Positions 19,761 through 32,651 of a DNA stretch of 64,000 nucleotides are shown one piece after another. The stretch comes from Desulfomonilia bacterium (GTDB lineage: Bacteria; Desulfobacterota; Desulfomonilia; UBA1062): contig CAXXDQ010000008.1 in the NCBI GenBank assembly GCA_963664325.2, positions 128,001-192,000 of the forward strand. Reading direction: 5' to 3'. The translations under genes and the position numbers were made by a program. Numbering within the stretch: the first letter of the stretch is position 1; each line of letters opens with the position of its first letter. The notes beneath the pieces are model-generated. The model was not told the DNA's origin. It saw only the letters and a list, made by a program, of their open reading frames with translations, and did no database searches.

Positions 19761-19812
19761 TGTTTGGCGGTCCCAAGGGGATTCGAACCCCTGTTACCGG
19801 CGTGAGAGGCCA
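19761..19812 (-). repeat. att site (right), within tRNA-Glu
   Basis: Identical 52 bp to 7774-7825. Confidence 0.95.
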
Positions 19813-19840
19813 GCGTCCTAGACCCCTAGACGATGGGACC
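19765..19840 (-). tRNA. tRNA-Glu (CTC)
   Basis: GGTCCCA...CTGGC-CTCTCAC-GCCGG...GGTTCGAATCC...TGGGACC-G-CCA cloverleaf. Confidence 0.97.
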
Positions 19841-19850
19841 ATAAAAAATT

Positions 19851-19924
19851 TGGCTGGGGGACCTGGATTTGAACCAAGATAGACGGAGTCAGAGTCCGTA
19901 GTCCTGCCGTTGGACGATCCCCCA
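19851..19924 (-). tRNA. tRNA-Gln (CTG)
   Basis: TGGGGGA...ACGGA-CTCTGAC-TCCGT...GGTTCAAATCC...TCCCCCA-G-CCA. Confidence 0.97.
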
Positions 19925-19934
19925 GCGACAATTT

Positions 19935-19963
19935 CTTCTAGCGATTGACCTTTTTATTGTCAA
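19935..19963 (-). promoter_or_regulatory. sigma70 promoter of the tRNA-Gln/Glu operon
   Basis: TTGACA-N17-TAGAAG about 10 nt upstream of tRNA-Gln. Confidence 0.55.
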
Positions 19964-20181
19964 GGTGTTTTTCCATTATCTTTCCCGCCTTTATGAAGGC
20001 GTTGCCTGCCTGCTTCTATTATCAGATTGGCTGCAAAAACACCTATAAAAATAAATACCCATGTCCCGGCCGATATATTGAGGTCTGGCTGGACTTTCCG
20101 GATGATGAAAGAGATCATAACCGAGGCTATGATTGATACTATCATTGATATGCTCAGGTACTGCCAGTCAATCTTTATCAT
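19960..20181 (-). CDS. hypothetical small 2-TM protein
   Basis: 73 aa, two hydrophobic helices, GAGG SD. Confidence 0.55.
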   Translation of the reverse strand: MIKIDWQYLSISMIVSIIASVMISFIIRKVQPDLNISAGTWVFIFIGVFAANLIIEAGRQRLHKGGKDNGKTP

Positions 20182-20288
20182 ATTAAAAATAACCTCGCTG
20201 TATACTTGTTTAAAACCCTTGAAAAATCTTGCAGCTGGTCTTGATATGATTATATTTATATTAAAAGATAACTTGTTGGGAAGGGAAA

Positions 20289-21275
20289 ATGCCGGCTAAT
20301 CTTTCACCTGATTATTATGAAGCAGAAAAACGATACAAAGAGGCAAAGACCAGCGAGGCGAGGATTGAAGCACTGCAGGAAATGCTTGCCGTCATTCCGA
20401 AGCATAAAGGGACAGACAAGATGCAGGCAGACCTCAAGCACCGCATCTCAAAGCTGAAGGAAGAATCCCAGAAGAAAAGGGGGGCGGTAAAACAAAAAAG
20501 CATATATTCAATTGACAAAGAAGGTGCTGCTCAGATTGTGATTATCGGGCCTCCGAATTCAGGAAAATCTTCCATTCTGGCCTCTCTGACAAATGCCGAA
20601 CCCGAGATTGCCCAGTTTCCGCATACGACGCATAAACCGCTGCCAGGCATGGCCTTGTTTGAAAACGTTCAGTTTCAGCTTATAGATACACCGCCGCTGA
20701 CAGCGGATTATATTGATCCTTTGATGATGGACATGATACGCCGCTCGGATATTGCAGCTATTGTGCTTGACATAAAATCAGATCTTATAAGCGAGATCGA
20801 GGAAATTCTGGAAATAATGGCTGAAAGCAGGATATTCCCTGAAGGCAGCGAAATACCGGACGGAACTCGCAGACCAGTTACCTTCAAAAAGACCATAATC
20901 CTGGTGAACAAGGTCGATAATGATTTGCTCATAGAAGATTTCAATACGTTTGTTGAACTTGTGGACTTGAAAATAACTGCAATTCCCATATCGATATTGA
21001 ACAGCATCAATCTGGACCTTTTTCTGAAAACGTTATTCGACCTGTCAGGCATCATGAGGATTTATTCGAAGTATCCCGGCAAGGATCCGGATTTGGATGA
21101 GCCGTTTGTAATCTCCAAGGGCAGTACGCTTGAGGAACTTGCCGGGAAGATTCACAAAGAATTTATTACAAAGCTCAAATTTGCACGGGTATGGGGAAAA
21201 TCGGCACATGACGGGCAGATGATACAGCATGACCATGTTTTACAGGATGGAGATATAGTGGAACTTCATATTTAG
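20289..21275 (+). CDS. DRG/Obg-family GTPase with TGS domain
   Basis: MPANL..PKHKGTDK N-terminus, GPPNSGKS, DTPP, NKVD, C-terminal TGS (FARVWG..HVLQDGDIVELH). Confidence 0.9.
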   Translation: MPANLSPDYYEAEKRYKEAKTSEARIEALQEMLAVIPKHKGTDKMQADLKHRISKLKEESQKKRGAVKQKSIYSIDKEGAAQIVIIGPPNSGKSSILASLTNAEPEIAQFPHTTHKPLPGMALFENVQFQLIDTPPLTADYIDPLMMDMIRRSDIAAIVLDIKSDLISEIEEILEIMAESRIFPEGSEIPDGTRRPVTFKKTIILVNKVDNDLLIEDFNTFVELVDLKITAIPISILNSINLDLFLKTLFDLSGIMRIYSKYPGKDPDLDEPFVISKGSTLEELAGKIHKEFITKLKFARVWGKSAHDGQMIQHDHVLQDGDIVELHI

Positions 21276-21639
21276 AGGAAATCCTGCCTGGATAAAAATG
21301 ATGCCGTTCAGGTAAATTATAGAACCTTCCGGCGGTTTTGTTGCAATATCGGAACCGTGGGGATGCATAGTATGTTAATCCCGTGAAGAGAAAGCCGCTT
21401 GAACCGCCCATTCAGGATGAGTCAGCATGTGCCTTTTAACTTGGATATGCTTTCAGTGAAAATCAGCGGAATGCCTGAAATGCAAACCTGCTCTCCGGTA
21501 TAATCTGAAGGGGTTGGAATCCCGGAACAGTCAAATATATATTTTTGGTTAATTGTCCCCTTTTTGTTTGACAGGGGGGGGTTCTTATCTTATATGACGC
21601 CTACCAAAAACAATATCACGGAGGCCCCGATAAGCAGAG

Positions 21640-22812
21640 ATGACACAGCGCGCATTTCTTGAATTCGAGAATATCTCCAAGAGCTTTGGAAATGTTCGTG
21701 CTGTTGTGAACACCTCGCTCTCGATAAAAAAAGGTGAATTCTTTTCGCTCCTCGGGCCTTCCGGTTGCGGGAAAACTACCCTGCTCAGAATGGTTGCCGG
21801 GTTTGAAAAACCTGATACCGGTAAAATCTATCTGAATGGTGAAGATATAACCGATCTTCCTCCGAACAGACGCAAAGTAAATACGATCTTTCAGAATTAC
21901 GCACTCTTTCCCCACCTGACCGTATGGGACAATATAGCATTCGGTCTTAAAATCGAAAAACGCCCCAAAAGAGAGATCGAGGACGAGGTTCAGAAGATAC
22001 TCAAACTCATTCAGATGGAAGACCAGGCATGGAAATATCCGGACCAGATAAGCGGCGGCCAGAAGCAGAGGGTTGCAATAGCAAGGGCACTCATCAAAAA
22101 ACCGGACGTTCTCCTTCTTGACGAACCGCTCGCCGCACTCGACCTGAAATTAAGGCAGCGCATGCTTATAGAGCTTGATCTTATTCATGACGAGGTAGGC
22201 ATCACCTTTGTGTATGTTACTCACGACCAGGGCGAGGCAATGAGCCTTTCGGACAGGATAGCGGTTATGGACAAGGGCATTATTGAGCAGACTGGAGCCC
22301 CTATGGAAATATACGAGGCGCCGAGCTCAAGTTTCGTGGCGGCGTTTATCGGAGATACGAACTTCTTTGAAGGCCAGGTCAAGGATGTCATGAGCAGTGA
22401 TTATCTCAGGATTGACATAGGCGATTTCCCTGATGTCGTGTGCTTCAATGACAAGCAGAGGAAAAAGGGCGACCTTGTCTACCTGAGCGTGCGTCCCGAA
22501 AAAATCCGCATATCCCGCGATAAACCCTCAGACGACTCCCTGCACAACACCGTGAAAGTCCATGTGGAAGATGTCATATACCAGGGCGCCATGACAAGGT
22601 TCTGGGTAAGCACAGGGGAATACCGGCTTGCGGTAATACAGCAGCACAGCCGCTTTCTCCTCGATGAAAAGCCAATACGCTGGAATGAGGATGTCTGGAT
22701 ATCATGGCATGCGGATGACGGGTTCATGCTCGAGCGCTACAGTGAATCGGATGAGGAACTGATGGGTGTTCCTCCCACCCATGTCGGGGATACAAACGGT
22801 GGTGAAGGCTAA
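21640..22812 (+). CDS. potA: spermidine/putrescine ABC transporter ATPase
   Basis: GPSGCGKT, ISGGQKQR, LLLDEPL; TOBE C-terminus. Confidence 0.92.
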   Translation: MTQRAFLEFENISKSFGNVRAVVNTSLSIKKGEFFSLLGPSGCGKTTLLRMVAGFEKPDTGKIYLNGEDITDLPPNRRKVNTIFQNYALFPHLTVWDNIAFGLKIEKRPKREIEDEVQKILKLIQMEDQAWKYPDQISGGQKQRVAIARALIKKPDVLLLDEPLAALDLKLRQRMLIELDLIHDEVGITFVYVTHDQGEAMSLSDRIAVMDKGIIEQTGAPMEIYEAPSSSFVAAFIGDTNFFEGQVKDVMSSDYLRIDIGDFPDVVCFNDKQRKKGDLVYLSVRPEKIRISRDKPSDDSLHNTVKVHVEDVIYQGAMTRFWVSTGEYRLAVIQQHSRFLLDEKPIRWNEDVWISWHADDGFMLERYSESDEELMGVPPTHVGDTNGGEG

Positions 22813-23674
22813 TCCCGGGAAAACAAATGAGTGGCTGCTGACGCTGCCCTCACTTGTATGGCTGTCTGTTCTGTTCCTGCTGCCAACAGTCATGATTTTT
22901 GCAATTGCCTTCAAGCCGCCGGATATGTATGGCGGATTTGCCACGGGATGGACCCTGAATACATTGAAAGACCTGGCGCAGCCAAGTTATCCGATAATAA
23001 TATGGCGCACAATTTATCTCAGCTTTCTTACAACCGTTTTTTGCATTCTCTTTGCAACGCCTGCAGGGTACTGTATCGCCAGACTCAAAGGCAAATGGCG
23101 ACAGATATTCCTGTTGCTTGTGGTGATACCGTTCTGGACGAGTTTCCTGGTCAGGATATTTGCATGGAAAGTCCTGCTGCATCCTGACGGAATAATAAAA
23201 AAAACATTGGTTTTTTTGCATATCATCAGCACGGATACGTCGTTGCTGTACAATGCCGGAGCCGTGCTGCTGGTCATGGTCTACAACTTTCTTCCTTTCG
23301 CTATCCTGCCCATTTATGCAGCAGCTGCGAAGTTTGATTTCCAGCTGGTCGAAGCAGCCCAGGATCTCGGGGCGCACAGGTTCCAGAGCTTTATGAAGGT
23401 TTTCATCCCCGGGATATGGCGCGGGCTTGTTACCGCTATTCTGATGGTTTTTATTCCCGCACTTGGTTCATACGTTATTCCTGATATTGTCGGCGGAACC
23501 AGCGGTGAAATGATCGGAAACAAAATAGCCCAGAGGGTCTTCACCGACCGTAACCTGCCTCATGCCAGCGGATTGTCTGCATTTCTGACCATCGCAGTAC
23601 TTATTCCCATGATAGCCGTTCTTATAATGCAAAAGCGAAAGAAAGCAGCCCCGATAATCGAGGAAGAGGCATGA
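22799..23674 (+). CDS. potB: polyamine ABC permease
   Basis: IPFWTSFLVRIFAW; EAAQDLGA loop. Confidence 0.9.
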   Translation: MVKANPGKTNEWLLTLPSLVWLSVLFLLPTVMIFAIAFKPPDMYGGFATGWTLNTLKDLAQPSYPIIIWRTIYLSFLTTVFCILFATPAGYCIARLKGKWRQIFLLLVVIPFWTSFLVRIFAWKVLLHPDGIIKKTLVFLHIISTDTSLLYNAGAVLLVMVYNFLPFAILPIYAAAAKFDFQLVEAAQDLGAHRFQSFMKVFIPGIWRGLVTAILMVFIPALGSYVIPDIVGGTSGEMIGNKIAQRVFTDRNLPHASGLSAFLTIAVLIPMIAVLIMQKRKKAAPIIEEEA

Positions 23675-24444
23675 ATAAAAGCAGGCTTCCCCTTGTCATA
23701 ACAGTTGTTGTGCTGGTCTTTTTTTACCTGCCTGTAATTGTTCTTGTGGTAAATTCATTTAATGCTGCAAAATTCGGCAGTTCATGGGAAGGGTTCTCCC
23801 TCATCTGGTATCAGAAGCTTTTCCATCACCGCGAAATATGGGCTGCCGTAAGGAACACAATTCTCATAGCATTCGGAGCAACAGCGCTGTCGGTCGTTAT
23901 AGGCACGACTGCCGCTCTTGCCCTGCATCGGTATCAGACAAGGCTTCAGCAGACACATTATATGCTCATATACACCCCCCTTGTTATTCCGGAGATCCTC
24001 ATGGGCATAGGTCTTCTGCTCTTTTTTGTGGCAATAGGCATGCAGCTTGGGCTTTTTACCATTATGATTTCTCATGTTACTTTCTGCATAAGCTTTGTCG
24101 CCATGGTAGTCCTCGGGCGGCTTCAGAATTTTGATTTTGCCGTTGTGGAGGCTGCACAGGATCTCGGGGCAAGCTGGCCTACAGTGGCATTGAAAATACT
24201 TATCCCGCTACTGTCGCCGGGCATAATTTCAGGCGCACTTCTTGCGTTCACCCTTTCGATTGATGATTTCGTAATAACGTTTTTCGTGGCCGGCCCTGGT
24301 TCAACAACTCTTCCTCTTCGCATTTACAGCATGATAAAACACGGGTCTCCGCCGCTGATCAACGCACTCTCAACAATACTGCTTCTGGTCACATTTGTGG
24401 CCGTGGTAATAAGCCAAAATCTCATAGAGGAGGATGAAATATGA
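23671..24444 (+). CDS. potC: polyamine ABC permease
   Basis: EAAQDLGAS; FTLSIDDFVITFF. Confidence 0.9.
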   Translation: MNKSRLPLVITVVVLVFFYLPVIVLVVNSFNAAKFGSSWEGFSLIWYQKLFHHREIWAAVRNTILIAFGATALSVVIGTTAALALHRYQTRLQQTHYMLIYTPLVIPEILMGIGLLLFFVAIGMQLGLFTIMISHVTFCISFVAMVVLGRLQNFDFAVVEAAQDLGASWPTVALKILIPLLSPGIISGALLAFTLSIDDFVITFFVAGPGSTTLPLRIYSMIKHGSPPLINALSTILLLVTFVAVVISQNLIEEDEI

Positions 24445-25550
24445 GAAATAAAAGTATTTTGCTTATGGTCATTGTCATTGTGCTTGCCGCGGTGCTGATT
24501 TACTTCCTGTTTACGGACAGGGGGGGCAATAACAGACCTGCTGCCGAAAACAAACCTTCACCTGCCGAGTCGGCAAGTGTTGAGAAGTCCGAACTGTTTG
24601 TCTATACATGGGCTGACTACATCAAGCCGGAACTGGTACAGCGTTTCGAGAAAGAAAACAACTGCAGGGTGACAATCGATACATTTGATTCCAACGAGGC
24701 CATGTATTCCAAGCTTAAGGCCGGTGCGACAGGCTACGATATAATCACACCAAGCAGCTACATGGTTACTCTTTTAAACAAGCAGGGAATGATAATCGAT
24801 CTTGACCACACAAAGATTCCGAATATCTCAAACATCGACCCTGATTATATGAAACTTTCATTTGACCCTGACATGAAATACAGTGTGCCGTACATGTTCA
24901 GTGTAACAGGCATAGGATACCTGAAGAGCAAGGTCAAAGATTTCAAACCGACCTGGGGAGTTTTCGGCAGAAAAGACCTGAAGGGAAGAATGACCATGCT
25001 TAACGATATGAGGGAAACGATAGGCGCAGCATTGAAGTTCCTCGGTAAGAGTATCAACAGTACTGATGAAAAAGACCTGGAAGCTGCCAAGAAGGTGGTT
25101 ATCGGATGGAAGAAAAACCTGGCCAAGTTCGAGAATGAACAATATAAGACCGGTCTTGCTTCAGGTGAGTTTTATGTTGTGCATGGTTATGGAGGCGACC
25201 TGATGCAGGTTCAGTCTGAAAATAAAGATATTGAATTCGCCATCCCCGAGGAAGGGACTTCTGTATGCTTTGACGATCTTGTAATCACTAAGATGGCTAG
25301 GAATGTCGAGCTTGCATATAAATTCATCAATTTCCTGCATGATCCTCAGGTCGCATCGGAAAATACCGAGTTCATCAAATACCTGTGCCCGAACAGGGCA
25401 AGCTATGACAAACTTCCTGCTGAAATCAGGAACAATCAGGCAATTTTTTTGAAACCTGAAATCAGGGCAAAGTGCGAAATCATAAAAGACCTTGGCGACA
25501 ACAATCCAAAATATACTAAGATCTGGGATCAGATTAAGGCTGCACAATAA
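24441..25550 (+). CDS. potD: polyamine-binding periplasmic protein
   Basis: YTWADYI, FDSNEAM, YDIITPSSY. Confidence 0.9.
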   Translation: MRNKSILLMVIVIVLAAVLIYFLFTDRGGNNRPAAENKPSPAESASVEKSELFVYTWADYIKPELVQRFEKENNCRVTIDTFDSNEAMYSKLKAGATGYDIITPSSYMVTLLNKQGMIIDLDHTKIPNISNIDPDYMKLSFDPDMKYSVPYMFSVTGIGYLKSKVKDFKPTWGVFGRKDLKGRMTMLNDMRETIGAALKFLGKSINSTDEKDLEAAKKVVIGWKKNLAKFENEQYKTGLASGEFYVVHGYGGDLMQVQSENKDIEFAIPEEGTSVCFDDLVITKMARNVELAYKFINFLHDPQVASENTEFIKYLCPNRASYDKLPAEIRNNQAIFLKPEIRAKCEIIKDLGDNNPKYTKIWDQIKAAQ

Positions 25551-25557
25551 ATCCTTC

Positions 25558-25599
25558 AGCGAGGCATCCTGATAATCCGTTATGGGGTGCCTCGCTTTC
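25558..25599 (+). terminator. terminator after potD
   Basis: AGCGAGGCATCC...GGGTGCCTCGCT followed by TTC. Confidence 0.6.
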
Positions 25600-25831
25600 A
25601 ATTAGAATATTTAAATTCTTTTTTCAGGAAAAATGCCTGAAAAACGCTACAGGGAAAGTTTGATCTGTCCGATTAATCAATGACAAGCTGAAAAAAGATT
25701 AAATATTATGATAACAGAAGAAAAATAAAGTATTATAAAAAAATCAAGAATTGATTGCTTAAAACGACTCCTCACACAAAGATATAAAAGAATACCGGAC
25801 TTGATAAAAAAGGCTGACGGAACTATCGATG

Positions 25832-25858
25832 TTAGCACTCGTCATAAGAGAGTGCTAA
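25832..25858 (+). promoter_or_regulatory. CIRCE element (HrcA operator)
   Basis: Perfect TTAGCACTC-N9-GAGTGCTAA upstream of groES. Confidence 0.97.
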
Positions 25859-25899
25859 CAGAAAATAAAAAAACAACAATTATCAGGAGGTGTTGGTTT

Positions 25900-26187
25900 A
25901 TGAAGATCAGACCGTTGCAGGACAGGGTTCTCGTCAAGAGGCTCGAAGAAGAAGAGAAAACAAAGGGTGGAATTATCATTCCGGATACTGCAAAAGAAAA
26001 ACCGCAGATGGGGAAGGTAATTGCGGCAGGCAAAGGCAAGAAGACCGAGGACGGCAAAGTCGTACCGCTTGATGTCAAGGCCGGGGACAAAATTCTTTTT
26101 TCAAAATATGCCGGAACAGAAGTCAAGGTTGAGGGTGATGAGCTTCTCATTATGAGGGAAGACGACATTCTCGGTATAGTCGAGTAA
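25900..26187 (+). CDS. groES: co-chaperonin GroES
   Basis: [23 protein letters not shown]; AGGAGG SD. Confidence 0.98.
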   Translation: MKIRPLQDRVLVKRLEEEEKTKGGIIIPDTAKEKPQMGKVIAAGKGKKTEDGKVVPLDVKAGDKILFSKYAGTEVKVEGDELLIMREDDILGIVE

Positions 26188-26200
26188 ACAGGAGGATTAG

Positions 26201-27847
<1,647 letters not shown>

Positions 27848-27866
27848 TCTGATCAGATTTACAACG

Positions 27867-27898
27867 AAAAGGCCTGCCTATCAGAGGCAGGCCTTTTT
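27867..27898. terminator. bidirectional rho-independent terminator
   Basis: AAAAGGCCTGCCT...AGGCAGGCCTTTTT. Confidence 0.85.
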
Positions 27899-27911
27899 CT
27901 GTTGATAAAAA

Positions 27912-28580
27912 CTAGAATTTAATTTCGGGTCCTCTGACGTCTCCCTTGATAAGATTACCTTCGATTATCCTCAAGAGATCCCTGATTATATGTTCTTTAG
28001 AAATAATCCTTTTATTCTGGTGCAAAACAATCACGCTTCTCAAAATTATTTCATTCAAGAGACCCGCCAGTATAAATGGATGGACATCAATCAGCTGATC
28101 GGCATCCTGGGCCTCTTTTATCATGTTCATCAATCTTGTTTCCAGTTCACCGTAATCATTTATATTTTTAAGTGCAAGGCTTGAGCTGTTCTTTTTCCTC
28201 TTGTTGTCATTAGCCTCCACCTCGGTAGTAAAAACGTTTATCAGGTTTGAATTGTCGATGTAAAGATCAAGAAGTTTCAGTACCAGTTGTTTCAGTTTCT
28301 CAAGCGGAGATATGTTTTCCAATGAGACTTCGTTATAAACCATCGTTATGTCTGAAATCACATCTGAAACCAGTGCTGCAAAAATCTCTTCCTTGTTCTT
28401 GAAATGGTTGTATATCGTACGCCTGTCAAAACCGGAATATCCGGCTATATCTTCCATTGTAGTACTGCCCAGACCCTTTTTAAAAAAAAGCTCCTTGGCA
28501 GACTTCAAAATGATCATTCTGTTTCTTTTGATCTGTCTTTTTCTTCTTACCAGTTTTTCCTTAAGTAATTCGTCTTCCAT
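27912..28580 (-). CDS. TetR/AcrR family regulator
   Basis: ILKSAKELF.KKG...TTMEDIA...RRTIYNHFKNKEEIF. Confidence 0.9.
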   Translation of the reverse strand: MEDELLKEKLVRRKRQIKRNRMIILKSAKELFFKKGLGSTTMEDIAGYSGFDRRTIYNHFKNKEEIFAALVSDVISDITMVYNEVSLENISPLEKLKQLVLKLLDLYIDNSNLINVFTTEVEANDNKRKKNSSSLALKNINDYGELETRLMNMIKEAQDADQLIDVHPFILAGLLNEIILRSVIVLHQNKRIISKEHIIRDLLRIIEGNLIKGDVRGPEIKF

Positions 28581-28799
28581 AATTCAGCTTTTTGATCCAA
28601 GTTTATTTTTTTAAAGATGCCAATTCTCCGTCCAACGAGAATGCTATACAGATTCTATTCAAGTATTTCAAATAAATAACTCAATGTTCATGTGACGCTA
28701 CCCATGATCCGTTACCATGTAACAGGCGTCACGAATCTCACACTGGAGTATATCATAATTGTTTCAGCGGATTCCAATAAATTGCCAGGAAAGAAGGTA

Positions 28800-30099
<1,300 letters not shown>

Positions 30100-30162
30100 G
30101 AGGGCCTCCTTATAATTATTATGCCTGGATTATGCAAAAAGGAAAAAGATATAGTCATGGCC

Positions 30163-32602
30163 TTATTTTTCAAGGTATCCATATGTCTCATCAGCAAGCC
30201 TGCCGATTTCTTTTTCATTTTTTATTTTGTTGTCCTTGTCAACGTAATCAAGGGTTTTAAGCTGTTCCATGGCACCTTTGAAGTTCGGAATGCAAAGGGC
30301 CTCCGGCCGCTGGATCTCGTCTTTTTTAAGCATTATTTCAGCTTTTGATTCAAATGCCTTGAAGATATCCTTTGAGCCCGAAACCTTTTTTATGTTTGTA
30401 AATACAACCAGGTATGATTCAAGATAATCCGTGATCAGGCCTGCAAAATCCGAGAGAAGCTGTGAGACGTTTTTCTCGGGAGAGATATTGCCCCAGTGTT
30501 TCTTAAGAATTTTCTTTTCAATCAGATAGCCGAGCGTTTCTTCAAAGGCGTCCTTCTTTATGGAAAACTCCTTTGAAAAAAGGGTTTTAATTCTGTTGTA
30601 CTCATCCTCCAGGGTTTTTTTTGGGAATACCGGGAAGTTTGAGTATAACATTCGAAATGATCGCAAGCGGGACAAGACAGTTGATAATGTTGTTTCTGTA
30701 ATAGGCTACATGGATTCTGCAATCATTGTCCACTTCGTAAATTGCAGGTTCGTCCTCATTTTTATCAACTGAAACAAGACCTCTGCCCTGAAGAAGCGCG
30801 GCTGCTTCGGAAAAGGCTTTGTCAGAGTCTTTTAAAGATTCAGACATGTCATAACCGAATGATTTCAGGTAGTCGGTGTAAATCTTAAAAAGGTTTATTG
30901 CATCGGTTTCATCGATAGCGCCTTTTCTGCTCATAATTGCGGCAGCAAGGACGGAAGTTGATGTCGCTACGGTTTTATTGTTTATTGAACCCAGTATCTC
31001 CCATGAAAGTTCCCGGGTGATTATGCTTTGATCCGCCCCTGACTTCTGTATGGCATCATTTTCTCTGGCAAAGTCCCTTATGGAAAAAGGTTCGGAAAAG
31101 CGCACATAAACTTTTCCATACCTTCGTTTTAATATCCTGCTCGCTTTTATAAGCTGGCTGATATTCTCGTTTTCCTTCTTGCCACCCTTCATTTCCATTG
31201 CATAGGCGTCTTCTTCGATAACGAGGTCATAACCTATGTAAACAGGTACAAAGATAACGTCTTTTTTTACAGAGCCCTGTTTCCATGCATCGACGATCAT
31301 TGAAAGGAGTCCCAGTTTGGGCAGGGCCAGTTTGCCGGATCTGCTCCTGGTCCCTTCCATAAAGAACTCGATGGGGATTTTCTCGGAAAGTAAAGTCCTT
31401 ACATAGGCGGCAAACGTTCTGCTGTACAGCTCGTTTCCCTTGAAGGTTCTCTTTAGGAAAAATGCGCCGCTTTTGCGAAATATCTTGCCGAGGGGGAAAA
31501 ACGAAAGGTTTGCCCCGGCCGCAATGAACGGCACGCCCATCCAGTTGCGATACAGGACAAAGGACAGAATCATATAGTCCATGTGGCTTTTGTGGCATGG
31601 AACATAAACGACAGGCCCCTTGCGCGCCCATTCCTTTACTTTTTTAAGGCTGTCCATATCAATATCAAGGCCATTGTAAATATTATTGAATATCCATGTG
31701 AAGACCTTTTCGAAAACCCTGAGGTAAGACGGGTCCATATCCGATGCCGTCTGTTCCAGGTACTTTTTGGCGGTGTTAAACTTCTTCAGGTTTTCAGGGA
31801 ATGTGACATCTCCGATATATTCCGCCAGCCTTGTGTCCTTTAGTGTAGTGTTTATTATCCAGTCTTTTTTCTTGATAGGCGCACCCGATATGTTTCTGCC
31901 AAGCTGGGCGATCGTCTGTCTCAGTCTGTTTTTAATGTCTTCCGCCGTATCTCCTATGAACTTGTCATCTGATGTCCTGCGGGAATATTCCTGGAGGTTC
32001 AAAGGTTCACCATATTCGATGAAACCTTTTTCTCTGGCTTTCAAAAGTGTGAGTATTTTGCCGGGGCCCTTGATGGAGGCTTCTTCCTCTTTCGCTGCAT
32101 CGCTGATTTTTAAGGGAGAACGGGTATAAACGAATCTGAGCGGTATCAGGAAAATAGGTCTTTCCGTTTCAGGCTGAAGCCTTAGCAGTTCGATGACTGG
32201 ATCAAGGCCGCCTCTTATCGCCGTCCTGTCAAGAAAGAAAAGCGAGGCCGAATTATCGATTTGCAGATATTCCTTCATATAGCCGCTTTTTATCGGATTG
32301 GCCGAGGTGATCCTGTTTTTAATCAAGCCGGCGAGTTTCCATGCAGGCTGAAGGAAAGGGAAGCTCTTTCCAAAAACCATCTTCGGAACCGGAAGGCCTT
32401 CAGCCCTGTTTTTCTGAATAAGCAGAAGCGAATCGATAACGCTCGTTCTGGCGAGAACGAATACGAGGTGGCCTTTTTTCCCGAGTTCTGAGACTGCTTC
32501 GGTATACTCTTCAGGCAGAGTAACCGGAGAAAACAATCTCTTTATAAAGGGTTTCAGAAGAGGGCCGTATTTGCCCTCCATGAGGAAAGATGTTTTTCCC
32601 AT
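30163..32602 (-). CDS. plsB: glycerol-3-phosphate acyltransferase (frameshift at poly-T near 30615)
   Basis: HKSHMD, GAFFLKR, FFMEGTRSRSGK motifs. Confidence 0.85.
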
Positions 32603-32651
32603 AAAGTATGATTACAGGATAACCAGTGGAGATTTCAAGAAAGAAAACCTT

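Larger units (their letters stand above)
7774..19812. mobile_element. ~12 kb tRNA-Glu-integrated genomic island, phage-satellite-like
   Basis: 52-bp direct repeats, tyrosine integrase at one end, AlpA/Rep/SSB/TerS-like backbone, AT-richer cargo. Confidence 0.9.

Noticed and set aside
21290-21600. Riboswitch in the long gap upstream of potA
   Set aside because: No recognisable aptamer, and a TTGACA promoter-like box near 21568 suggests a short leader.
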